DNA of 64,000 bases from Monocercomonoides exilis PA203. Its lineage: Eukaryota; Protista; Preaxostyla. Both the position numbers and the translations under genes were made by a program. Shown here piece by piece: positions 37,001-50,117 of this stretch; the stretch's first letter is position 1; the number at the start of each line of letters is the position of its first letter. A model generated the notes under the pieces. It was given only the letters and a program-made list of their open reading frames with translations, was not told where the DNA came from and searched no databases. The stretch lies in the NCBI GenBank assembly GCA_001643675.2, contig LSRY02000030.1, positions 744,001 to 808,000 on the forward strand, given 5' to 3'.

Positions 37001-40000
37001 GTTGTAGTTCAGCGCAAACAGTGTTTCATTGATCTGGTGCTCAATTGAGTGGCATCTGACAAATATGTCTTTCCCCACATGTGCCTCATTCATCACAAAC
37101 AGGATGTTCACAATCTTGAAATTCAGAGGCGGAATCTGACTCTCATTTCCATAATTGGCATTCGGGTCTGATCCATCAATAAACAGCCCTCCTCCACACC
37201 CTGTCTCACTCGAGCACTTGCATATCGAAAACGAGCTCCCATTCACTTTCAACACCGACTCCCCACTCTTCAGCACCACTCTCATCCCCCCTCCTTCATC
37301 ACTCAAACCACTCTTGCAACTCGACATCGAACACTCATCCATCACACACTCCATTCCATGCTCAAATGATCCCACATCTATAACACTCGCTCCAATCCCA
37401 TCATTCGTGATATTGGAAAATGAACACCCGACAACCCTCAAAACTGGTTTGTTCCCATTTGAAAACACCTTCTTATCTCCATTCATCTGGTTTTCATCTT
37501 CAATCATCGAAATCAGACTTCTTTCTGTCACATCAGCAAATGAGATGTTCACATTCTGAACAGTCACCTCACCTGCACTTGGGCTGAACGCAATCAACCC
37601 TTTCAGCTCTGAAATCAAACTCAACGAACACCCCTCAATCACAACACTCCCCCCATCCACCCTCATCACACAATATCCAAAACTCTCTGCCACACCTCTC
37701 CATGGGCCAAATGAACAATCTGAAACTGACAATAATGTGTTTGTTCCTGTTGACTCAATCAACACTTCGTGATGGGTTGTGATGGATGGCTTGGTGAATG
37801 ACACATTCACAAATGACAGACTCACATTCGATGATATCATTGAACCATCATCAGACAAATCATTCTCATCTTCATCACTGATCGTCACTCCTGTCCCTTT
37901 CTTTGTCCCTTCAATCACCACTTTTGGTGACTCTGAAATTGATGATGAAAATGAAATGGAATGGCTCAGCAACCCTGATCCCACAATGGCAATATGTGTT
38001 TCTCCTTCTCCAAGTGTCGGATATCGAAGTGATATCAAGTGATCAATCGATGAACATGGTGCTTCAGAAAACCCACACCCACTGAAGTCTCCTCCTTTCT
38101 CCTTCGAAACAAACCCATCCCCACTCCAGTTCCTCCACAAATACACAACCAGTGGAATCACATATCCCTCCTCTCCTGTTGTCTTCCTCTCCCATCCACA
38201 CAGCTCATCCAATGATCTCAGCTCCTCTTCCTTTATCTCCCATTTCAGGTGCTCCTCATTCACAATCTCACTCAGATCCCATCCTGACACAAACACGTTC
38301 TTCCCTTTCCAGGCATTGCATCCCTCAAATTCCATCCCTTCCATCACAAATGATCCAATCTCTTCAGGAAGCTCAACAAACATCCCTCCTCCCATTCCTC
38401 TCCCTCCATCCCCAACATCCTCTCTTGGCACTTCACACCCTGAATATTTCACATTCTTCATTTCCAAACTTCCTCCCTTCCCCACTGATATCATCATCCC
38501 TCCCCCTTTCATCCCACTCCCCCCTGAACACACTGATGACAAATTGCTTTCTTCAACATTCACAATCCCATTCACACCCATCTCCACATTCAAACATCCT
38601 CCTCCTCCTCCTCCTCCACTTCCACCAACAACTTCCACTCCACTCATTCGGCTGTGATTCATCTCCAATTCAGCTCCATTCGAAACAACAATTGGCAATT
38701 TCCCATTCATTCTCACTCCCCCTTCCATCACAAATCCATTCACAACCAACCCTCCTCCTTCAATACAAATCACATTGTATCCAATCAGTTCATCATTTCC
38801 AAATGAGACAGAACAGCTGGTTATTGTGATGGTTGATGTTGATGAGGAGGAATGGATAAATCCACTTCTCTTCCCATTCATTTCATCATTCAGCACAAAT
38901 GACAAATATCTCATCTCAAATGATTTTGAACATTCAATAAGGTTATTCTGGGTTATTGATCCTTCATCTCTCACAATCACCCTCATCCCTTCTTCTTTCC
39001 CTGAAACACGAATCTCAAATGAAACCACTTTCATCTCATTCTTTATCCGTGATTCTGATGCAACTTCGATTTCATTCACATTGCTGCTCGCTCTCTTCTC
39101 AACACAATAGTCAATCGTCAAACACCCAAACTCCTCAAACCCACAATGATTGTGATCCAGCGCCCTCTCTCCTCTCCCATCAACTCTCAGCTTTGTCCCG
39201 ATTGAATACAAATACACAAACAGCGGAATCACTTCCCCTTCTCTCCCATCCTCACTCCCACACAACTTCACAACATCTGCTGGAATCACACTTGAATCAA
39301 AAAATGAAAATGAACTTCTATTCACTTTCCACTCCAACAACACTCCTCCACCACATTCAACAAACATATCCTTCCCATATGAAGCTTTGTTATTCTCTCC
39401 AAACACAAACAAACCCTCTCCCCCCGATTCCATTTTCATTGAACCATCCCTGCTCTCCATCACAATCATCATCCCTCCCCCTCTCCCTTTTCTTTTCCCT
39501 TCTGAACTCTCCCCTGAACCCTTCGCCTCGCACCCATCAATCACACAACTCCCATTCACAACAACACTCCCTTCTCCCTTCACAACAACACTCATCCCTC
39601 CTCCTCTTCCACCAGCACACCTGCATCCCTTCACAACACACGATTCAATAACAATTATCCCATTCTTCCCCTCATCTCTCTCTGCTCCAACCACTCCACT
39701 CACCCATCCTCCATCTCCACTTCTCTTCTCAACGCTGTTCACCTCACACCCACAAAACACAACTGATTCCACCCCTTCACCAAACTCAATCAGCGAATGT
39801 TCTTCGAATGTCAAGGTCTCTGTGATCACCAATCCCTCCACTTTCACTTTTCCCCCAACCACATTCACAAAACAATATCCAATGGGATTCTCAGAGGGAC
39901 AAACAACAGAACAGTCAGTGAGTGTGAGGAGTGTGGAGTTGGATGAAATCAGAGATGATGATGACGCACCAGACAGAGCAGATGGAACACTGAACTTGAT

Positions 40001-43000
40001 GTTTCTTATTGAGCATTTGCTCTGAACCTCAATCAGACAAGATGACTCAAAATTCTCTGGTGCTTTCACCCCAACCTCCATCCCTTTTGTTGCACATGAT
40101 ATCTCCCATTCATTGCCATCTGTCATTCCAACTGCCTCACAAAGCTCATATCCTGAATCCAATTCGATCTTCTTGTTTGTGTCGGGATATCTCACCTGCG
40201 CTGCATGGGTGATGGTGGCACACGGATAATAGTCAAATCCACAGAACCACGAGTCATATCCACCCAGCCCATCCTTCCCCTTCCCCACATGTGCTGCATC
40301 TGGATATGAATCCAAATACACATTCAGTGGGAACAGCCTCATTGTTGTGTCACTCCGATCATATCCCACCAGCTCATTGTATTTTGATTCATCATGCTGG
40401 ACATTCAGCGTTGAGGAGCTTATTCCCCAGCTCGCTGAATTGCTCCCATTCACAAACACATAATTCCCTCCCAATGAAGCAGAACACCCTGAAAAGTCAA
40501 CTGATACAATTGAGAAGTCAATCGAGTTGTCAGCCAGATATAGCATCATCCCTCCTCCATATTTCCCACTTGTGCATCTCTTGATTGTTGCTGATGTTTC
40601 AACACGAAGCTTGCTTGTGGGTGACAATAGATCAACCTTGATCCCTCCTCCACTGCCATTCTTGCTCTCACAATCCTCGATTGTCACATTCTGAACAACA
40701 AATGTCTCCCCTTCTGCCACACTCTTTGCCACAACCACCCCATCTCCATTCGTCAACTTCACATTTTTCACATTCATATTTGCGAGAATGCTCTCTGTTG
40801 ATTCTGTGCCTGCAGAAAAAAGTGATGAAGATAATGAAAAAGATGGAGATTGATCCTGCTCAGAGAACAATGATTGAGAAATATTCATATTCTTGATCTC
40901 CACACCAACCATCGACAGCTGCGACAGCGCCACCACAAACACTGATGATGATATCACATAATTTCCTGTTTTGCTCGTGGTGATCACAACATCCTCCAAT
41001 GAGAGTGACCCACCTCCATCAGATACCACAGCCACATTCGGCGAAGGATTTGTATTTGAGTTACAGTCAACCTTCATGTGCAATAAATCAAGGTGACCTG
41101 TTGACACACTGAACAGCGCTCCAGTTGATGAAAGGGCTCCTGTTCCAATCGAACTCTTATCTTTGCCTTTCCCAATAACTGAAATCTTCTTTGATCCAAT
41201 CTCAATTGTTGTCACCTCGCTTATGTGATTCCCTTCCATCAGGGTGATTGATAAGCTCAATAGTATTTCACACATCTCAAACGCCTTCTTCACTGTAAGG
41301 CATGGAAACGTTTCATTTGCCCCACACAGCTCATACAAGTCATTTCCATTCACAGAAACATATAACGTTTTATCTTTCAACCAATCCTTCTTTTCAGTGT
41401 GTTGAAACATCCAAGAGCCAGAATTCGAAGCATTATATCCATAGCACATTCTCTGTCCATCTGCATTTGTGGTGTAACATTCATGGAACGGATTTCCTGA
41501 AGAATTAAAATATAAATTGTAATTATCCAAGAATACCATATCGTGACCATGTGGTGGATCACCCGAGCATTTGCATTCATGGAAGAAGAGGAAATAGCAA
41601 TAAAGCCCATCGGCTGGCACAGTTAGCTTTATTGGCTCCAAATGAAATCCACCTCCCCTGGTTGATGCATTACACGAAATAAACCTGACGCTTCTAATCT
41701 TGAATTGATTGGGAACATTTTTGCAAAACATGCCTCCGCCCCATATGCCAGTTACAGAACATGAAGTGAAACTGCAGTCAAATACACACGCGCTCTCCCC
41801 TCCTCCACTTTCTGTTCCAATTAAATTTGTTCCTGAAACATTAAAATTTTCGAGAAAGAGTCCTCCTCCATCATTGCTTGCTTTGCAATTCTGGTATTCA
41901 CATCCGCTGATTCTGACACATGAAGATATTGATACTGTAAACAATCCTCCTCCATATTGATTTTGTGCAGTGCAAGCATTGAACACATTATTTTCGATAT
42001 CCACAGATTTAATCCCATAGCACATAATTCCACCTCCACGACTGTGTGCAAAACAATTGTTAAATAAACAATGTGAAACAGAGAGCTCTCCGTTTCCAAG
42101 ATTGTACATGTAAATGGCACCTCCACTCGATATCCCATCTGTGGTGGAATCAGCTTCTCCTGTTGTACTCGATCCACTCCACTCGCACCAAGTGAATGTA
42201 TTCGCTCCATTATCCGTTGTATTCTGTCTCCCAGGGGTCAACTTTCTGTCTGATGTTCCTTCGCATACAACATTCCTTGTTCGACAACACCCAACGAATG
42301 AGGTGTTTGAGGCAGTAAGAAAGGCCAAGGGATTGTTCAGAGAATGAACAATTCCGCCATCATATACATCGCAAACAGAAGAAAATAAGCAGCTGCTCAT
42401 CATGCAAGTGGTTTGGGTTGACGTTGTTGTTGAAGATGAACATGCCTCATTTGCTGTTGAAATGTTGAAAAATGTCATGTGAGACAGAGTTACAAGAGGA
42501 ATAGAAGGGGATGAGAGGAATGGGGCTGATGACACACAAAAAGACGAGAAATGTGATTCACCCAACGAAATAATGGATGACTTTGAAACATCACTGTCAA
42601 ATTGTTCAGAAGTGAAAAGAGGAGGAAATTCATTCAAACCTTCAACATTTGGCTGAATTGAAATGTTCATGAATGACCCAAAACTCCCGTCCAGTTCTAT
42701 CGGAGGAGAATGTTTCTCAACAAAAGGAATGCACTCTTTCATTGAAACAATGCTTCCTTTTTTCGCAACGAGAATCCTTTTTATTCCTTTTTCTCTCATA
42801 ACCAAGCCCATTTCCATGACTGATGAATTGAAGCATTCCAAGCAACCCTCAATTTCACTAAATTGGCAAATGTCAGCTTTCTTCAAAATTCCAATTTCTC
42901 TTCCATATTCTTCTTTGCTTTTTTCATCATCATGATGAAAATCTCTTCCTTCAATTTCACTTCTCTTTTTATTTTCCATCAATCTTCCACAATCTTCTAT

Positions 43001-43180
43001 ATTATTAATAAATTCATCATTTGAAGGATTTTCGCTTATTTGAAGCAAATAACCATTCATTTCAATATCTTCTTCTTTTTCTATTTTTTCTCCAATCCAA
43101 CTCGAGTCTTTGGTAATGGAAACAAGATTCACAAAAAGAAAAAATACACTGAAAACTAACATCCCCACTCCTGACAACAT
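34070..43180 (-). CDS. Giant intronless type I membrane receptor (copy B): signal peptide, repeated beta-helix modules, TM, pseudokinase; in-frame TAG at 34457-34459
   Basis: 2907-aa ORF plus an in-frame 128-aa ORF. N-terminal hydrophobic leader, GGAIY/GGG motifs, five G.D...CG....C.TI modules, TM WLLIIIIMAVILLIVLIVSVIV, then LR*MAPE...FSIGMMLWECLTLQIPF...GERP...RPSL. Confidence 0.88.
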
Positions 43181-44200
43181 CTTCGTTCTGTATCGATGAA
43201 AAAAATAAGATTATTCAATTATTGTGATTTTCAATTTATATAATGGGTGAAAATACTTTTTTTTTATATGTTTTTTTGAAATGAACATTTCATTTTCTTT
43301 TTGAATCGTCATTAAAACACTTCTAATTATTCACTTTTATTTTGTTCAGTGAAAAAATTCTATTGTGGAATGGAAATTGAATTTCACTTATTTATTTTAA
43401 TTAATGAATGTTTAAAATGTGTTCAAAAATTGAACAAACGATATTATGAATTTTAATATTTTTTGTTCATTAAAGAACTGAGAATAATATATATCATATT
43501 TTCATTTCAAATGATTTTCCTATTGTTTTGCGAAAAAAAAATATTGTTTTGGATACAACAAAAAATCGTGTTGATGTTAAAAAAGGTTTCATTTAGATAA
43601 TATCATCATAACCATAATCCTATTGGATTATTGATATTGCTTTTTTACAAAAAACATTCATTAAAAGTTCATCAAAATTTACAGTTTTTTTTCTATCAAA
43701 TTGATTTTGGAATTGATAACAAAAACTAATTTTTTGCATGAAAAATCATTATTAATTCTTTTATAAATAAAGGTTGTTTGAAAATATACTTCAAGTTCTT
43801 TTCCCTCCGTCAAAAATACTAAAAAAGCACTAAATTCATTTAGACATCTTTACAACAATATTTACAATCAACCAGAAAACGAAATACGAATTTCTAATCA
43901 TCACAAACAAATCGCTCTCATTTACAATGACAAACATAAAAAAGAGAAAAACCGAACAAAACTTAAAAATCAGAATACTTAAATATTTTTAATGGTTTTG
44001 AAGTTGAGATTATCAACAAACAAATATAACAGAAAGCTGCTAAAAATAATTGCAAAAAAAAAAAAAAAAATAAAATAAAATAAAATACGATTTCTAAGAC
44101 TTTTCAGTGGATGACATTTTTTCCAAAATAAAATAAAATAAATAAATAAATAAAAATATATAAAAATAAAAAAACATGAGCGCAATAACTCATTTACAAT

Positions 44201-45805
44201 TTATAAAGAAGTGCTTAGCAGTGAGTGATGCTCAACTCTTTCACATTTTTTGTTTGAAGAGCCCGATGGAGGAAGTCGAAAATGGAAATAATGTCCATCT
44301 GCAAATGCAACCTAAATATTGTTCGCAAAGAAATTTTCAAAGTTTTTGAAAGAAATAAAAATTTAAGGTTAATAAGAAATGAACAGTGATAAAAAAATAA
44401 AAATAAAAATAAAAACAACAAATCAGCAACTAGTTTTGCAATAAATTTGCAAAAAAGAATGCTGACTTCTTAATTCAAACCTGTATAATTTGATTATCTG
44501 GCTTAAACGAAGAGATATGTTTTGTCTCTGAAATGCCTTCCTGATCAAGTCTTATAAAAGCAATCGACTTTTCACTTTTTCGTTCTCCTTGCAATGAAAA
44601 GATGTGAATCGTCTTCGAGCTAGAAGACACCACAAGCATCGTCCCATCGTCGCTAAACGAGAGAGAATGAATCTCTGCCGTGCGGCCCACGCTAGACCTC
44701 TTCAGCTCCATTATCATCTCCTTTGTCTCAGTGTCCCACACACGAATAATCGTTCCTCTGGCAGACGCTGTCGCCAGCCACTGCCCGTCCTTGCGGAACG
44801 CCAGCGCAACAACCGGATGATCATGGGCCTCTAATATTTGGTAGCTGCCGTATGTCTCTCCATCTACACTCGAAGTTCCGCCTGCTCCACTGGAACTGGA
44901 GGTGCGTGATACAACACTGGGATCATTCAATCGCGCCAAGCATACGTTCCCTTTTGTTGGATCGCAGGGATATGCGAGAATAGGCTTATGAGGACATAGA
45001 GCAATCACGGGTGCGCGTCCAGATAGAGTCTCTGAAGAAAGAGGAGTCGTTTGATCTTCAATATATATATATATATATATATAAATTTATTTTTTATTAT
45101 AATAAATTCAGAGAATTGATGAAATTGACATAAAGAGAAGAATTAGAAAACTTGTGATAAAAATAAATAGAATAGTTCGTACTGAAATACATATCCAATG
45201 TGCAAACAGGCTCAATCTTTTCAAGTGTATAAATAATTATTGATTGCTTCAAAACAACAACCAAGCTATAAAATGACATGGAATATGAAGCAAAAGTTTA
45301 GTGTTATCTTTTGGCAAAAATAATCATCAAAAACAAACTATTGTTGATTCAATTTGACAGATTGAATATCTTCATTAAAACGAAGAAGGCAAATTACTTG
45401 ATCAATTTTGGTGTTGTAAAGATAAAGAACTCGAGGTGTAAAGTTTTCAACACTTGAATCGCAAACAACAGCCAACAATGACGTGGAAAAGAACATTTCA
45501 CAAAGATGAATTGGATGATCAGGAACTGAAAATCTCAACAAATGAAAAGAAAAAACATTTTCACATATAATTGGCAAACATCCTTTTGTACATTGGTCAA
45601 ATGGATCGGTTCTCCAAAGAGTGTATCCAGACTTTGTTCCTACAAGCAAGCATCTTTTTGTTAAAGTCAAATTATAAATAATGTTGAATTTTCAAGAAAA
45701 ATTTGTTAAAAAATTAAAAAAGAAAGCAATCTTATTATAAGCACACGTGTTTGTTTGATTATAGCTTAAAAAAGTTATGTCCTTTGTACGCTCGCGAATT
45801 TGCAT
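44201..45805 (-). CDS. ATG18: PROPPIN WD40 protein (Atg18/WIPI family); multi-exon
   Basis: LSYNQTN.CLLVGTKSGY, CEMFFSTSLLAVV, AHDHPVVALAF.KDGQWLATASARGTIIRVW, SSSKTIHIF and final exon VAFADGHYFHFRLP...SL*. Confidence 0.88.
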
Positions 45806-46028
45806 ATGGAGTGGGAACTGCTACGTTTTTTTTATAAACAAACAAAAATTTTTAAAATTAAGTATGGTGTGAAGAATGAAAAGAGTTTTGTTTGAAAATG
45901 AATTAAATTCAAACACATTTTAATTTGAAACAAAAATGTCTCTCAACAGTTTTAATTGATTCTTTTATTTGTCTGTTTTTTGAGATAATATATAGTAAAA
46001 ATGGAAAAATCGATCAAACGAACTTGAA

Positions 46029-49000
46029 ATGGAAAAGCCTGTGACATTTTTGCCAACAAGAAGTGGCTTCGGTCAAGAATGTGTTGAAAAAATGCATAAA
46101 GGTTTGATTAATATTTGAATTACAACTAATTTTGCAATACAATTTTCAAAATTGATCTAAACAAAAGGATGCCTTCTTTTGAAACAAGAAACAAACGGAC
46201 TTCATTTGAGATGGCTCGTGCTGGATCAAGATAGCAAGTACATATATTGGCTAAATCCAAAGAAAGACGTTATGCTCATTGATCATGACAATGCAATCCC
46301 TCTTTCAAGTATTAAATCAGTTGTTGTGAGTCAGGACGCTTTGGTTTGATTATTTCTTAAATTTTCTTCACCCATTCATTAATAATTATATGATAATGCT
46401 TGCTTGGATAGGTTTTGAAAGACAAGGAAACAGCAAGTCAGATGGTTGCTGTTTCTGCGTTATCGTTTTCATTTTCAATAAAAGCAGAAAATCAAAATAT
46501 TGACATCTTTTCTCCAACGCAATCGTATGAATTTTCTAAGAATTTTAATTTCATTTTAACTTTTGCAATTTTTAACATTTTCAGCGACTTTGAAACTTGG
46601 ATTGGAGGTTTACGCCATTTGCTTGGAAAGGACAAAGTCCTTCAAGCTCCTATCGAGGCTGGACAGAGACTAAGATCGGTAAATGAGCCTGCATTTCTAT
46701 TAACTCGCTTATCTGAGCTTGTAGAATTAACCGAATCATTATTGAAAGAAGGAGCAATATTGATGGAGATTCGTGCAAAAAGAGAAAGAGAAATTCTAAA
46801 TCTGAATGCCCAAGTTGCTGTATGTGCATTAATTATTGCGTTGCTATTTCATTTAATGATTGCGTCTTGAAATTTTGTTTGATAATGTTTCCATTAAAAA
46901 TAAGGATAACGTAAACCTTGCCAAAAATATGGAGGATCTTTTGCTGAATGTGAAGGAAGATCTGTCTGGGAAGATAGATGCGAAGGCGCAAGTTGTGGAG
47001 GAGCTGAAGAGTCTGCTTAAAGAGCAAGAAGACGTGTGCGGGCAACTGGAAGATGAGAACAACCAGCTTATTGCTGAACTGAATGAATGTGTGGATTCAC
47101 TGAACAAGAAAGACGAGCTGATTGGGCTGATGCAGAAGAAACTGCAGAGAAGAATCGAATTGGAAGGAGCACTGGCCAAAGGAGAAGAGGCAGAAGAAGA
47201 AGTGGAAGAAGGGGAGGAGGATGAGGAAGAAGAAGATGATGATGAAGATGAAGAAGTCGATGTTGCAGCAGCAGCGCAAAGAGAAGTAGGAAAAAGCGGC
47301 AAAAGCGGAGATTTCTCCGAAGAGCAGTACAAGTCCTTGATGAGTGAGTGCACGCATCTGATGCAGCAGTACCAGTGGCTGAGGGAAATGAATGAGAGAC
47401 AAGACGCGAGGAACAAGGAGAACATGCAGCGGCTGCAGGAGATGAAGATTGGGGCAGAGCTGAGGCGGCAGATGGTGGCGAGGGAGATGGCAGAGAGAGC
47501 GCAGGAGAGAGAGAGGAGAAGGAGGGAAGAAGAAGAAGAAGAGGAAGAGGAGGAACTGGAGGAGGAGGAGGAAGAAGAAGAAGAAGGAATAGAAGAAGGA
47601 GATGAGGAAGAGGAAGAGGAAGAGGAAGAAGAGAAAATTGACAATCGATACAGATATGCAGCCCAACCAGCCTACAGCATGGCACATTACAGTGTGCCTG
47701 CTGAAGATGAGGATGAGATGGAAGACGACGAAATTAGACTGAGGGCAGCAGCAGAAAAGGAGTGGAACAAAGAAATGAAGCGGCTGGGAACAACGCCTGT
47801 GCCTCTTCCAGTGTCACGCGCACGCATCCCTCGCTCTTCTTCGCGTGCTTCTGCTTCATACAGAAGTCCCTCGTCATCTCCCTCGTCTCCCTCATGCACA
47901 CGCACTTCTTCCTCTTCTTCCCCGTGTCCTCGCCCTTGTTCCCGTCAGTGCTATCGCAAGACTCCCCTTTGCCAGTGCCAGCACCAATGCCAGCATGAGC
48001 CCCTCGCCCGTAGAGGCGCTGAGAAGGTGAGTCTGCGCTATGTCTCTCCTTCGCCTCGCCCTGAGCTCCTCTCTTCGACTTACTCCTACCCGTCTCGCGT
48101 GCAGCTCCTACAGCAGCAGAACTCGCGCCCTTCGCAGCTCCGCTCGTCTTATCCGGCTTCTCTAACCAGTTCTCGTTCTAATTCCCGTTCTCGTTCTCGC
48201 CCTCTTTCTCGCTCTCGCTCACGTTCTGTTTCACGCCCTCTTTCTGCATCTCGCTCTGCGTCTCGTTCGCGCTCTATCTCTTCCACTGCCAATAACCTGC
48301 TCCAAGTGGCTTATCCATCTTCAAGAACATTCAGTCAGAAGCAGAAGATGGCGATGCATCCACGTGTGGTGCGGTTCCCAGCAGATGCTGTTCCTGTGTC
48401 GTCTGTGAATGTGGTTGTGGATGCAGATGATGATGATGACGATGAGGAAGAGGAGGAGGAATATGATGGCGAAGAGGAAGGAATGGAAGTTGAGGCAATT
48501 GTCAACGAAAACTACGACGATGACGACGAAGAAGAAGAAGATAACAACGACAATGAAGGATATGAATACGATGACAATGAACTGTACTATCAACAGCAGT
48601 ATCCAGTGTATGTGCAGCAATATGTTCCTCCACAGATGCGACAGAGGCCAATCAGCAGAAGCAGCAGCAGCCGAAGAAGACCCACACGAAGTGTTAGCAG
48701 TGCGAGAAATGTGAGGAGTGTTAGTAGAAACAGCAGAAGCAGCAGAAGAAGTGCCAGCAGAAGCAGACAAGGAAGAGGGCAAAGCAGATCTCAGACTCCT
48801 CCTCCTCTTCCTCTTACTTCTTATTCTTATTCTACTTCTTCTATGATGCCATCTTCAATGCAATCACAGTCATATCGTGTGAACAGATACCCTGTCGAAG
48901 AGAGTAGTGGCAGCAGCAGCAGCAAATTGAGTATGCTTCAGAATGAGCTGGAGAGGATAAGGCAGCTGAGAGAGAGGCCAGCCAGTGCCAGTCAGAGAGG

Positions 49001-49418
49001 GAGGTCGCTGTATGGCAGAGGGGCTGGCTCGAATATTTCTCCATCGCCTTATGGAAATATCACTCAAACACAAACACAAACACAGAAGCAATCACAATTG
49101 CCTCCTCGTCCAGTGAAATCTGATGATGATTATGTGTTTCCTTCATCATCATCAGTGCATGTGCCTGACACAGAGCGCAGACCTTTGCGCCAGCTGAGGT
49201 CGAATTATCGCTCTCCTTCTGTGTCTTCTGTGAAATCAACCCGTTCAGCTCGTTCTGTGTCATCCCGTGCATCGAGAAGAGACAGAAGAAAGAGAAGAAA
49301 TGAGTATGAGTACAGAAAAGGGGAGGTGGCTGTGATTCCGCAGGAGGCGTATAAGAGGATGTGTGCAACAGCTGGGGTGAGGCCGACGTCGAGACTGGGG
49401 AAGAGAAGAGGGTATTAG
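46029..49418 (+). CDS. PH-domain (PLC/Mcp5-Num1-like) plus coiled-coil protein with acidic and RS-rich tail; multi-exon
   Basis: Spliced N-terminus HKG-CLFLKQ..HLRWLVLDQDSKYIYW..IPLSSIKSV..SFSFSI..IDIF..FETWIGGLRHLL, followed by an 852-aa low-complexity exon. Start uncertain. Confidence 0.65.
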
Positions 49419-50117
49419 ATTTGAGAGGGAGGGGAGGAGAAGAAGGAGAAAGAGAAAGAGAAAGAGGGGAAGAGAGAGAGGATAGAGAAGAGAAAGAGAA
49501 GAGAAAGAGAAGAGAAAGAGAAGAAGAAAGAATGCTAATGAAAAAATTTATTACGAACATATGTTTGAAAAACATTGTGAAATGAAAAATTATTTTTAAA
49601 ATGACGTGATGGTCTGAATGGAAAAGGAAGGGATAGCCTTTAACAAAATAATTATAAAGAAAAAAATATATGACTAGAAAACATGAAAGATACTGTACAT
49701 TTTGCTGAAAAAAGATAACTGTTTTGATTTCTAATGAATTGAGTAGATTTTAATTTTATTTGATTTCATTGGTTCGAATTGTACAGTTCTTGATCGCTTG
49801 TCCAGTGTAAAATAACCAAAAGATATCTCCTTTAATCTTTCTGAACATCTTTTAATTCTATTTCTATTCATTCTAAGCTCAGTTTTTTATTGTCTGTTCA
49901 TTATTTTTGTTTTTCTGAAGATCAAATTATCGCCTTTTATTCATAACACTGCGCTATAAATATTTTTGTAATATATCAACATATAAATATCATTATTGAT
50001 GAACATAATTTGGCAAATTTGCAAAATAATAAAAATTCAAAAAAAAAGTTATCATTTTATAAATTACGGTACATATCCGTTTGAAAAATCGATTTAAGTG
50101 TCCAAAGGAGCACTTGC

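Noticed and set aside
35557-42935. Many plus-strand ORFs antisense to the giant gene
   Set aside because: Shadow ORFs caused by the strand's compositional bias; Pro/Ser/Leu-rich with no motifs
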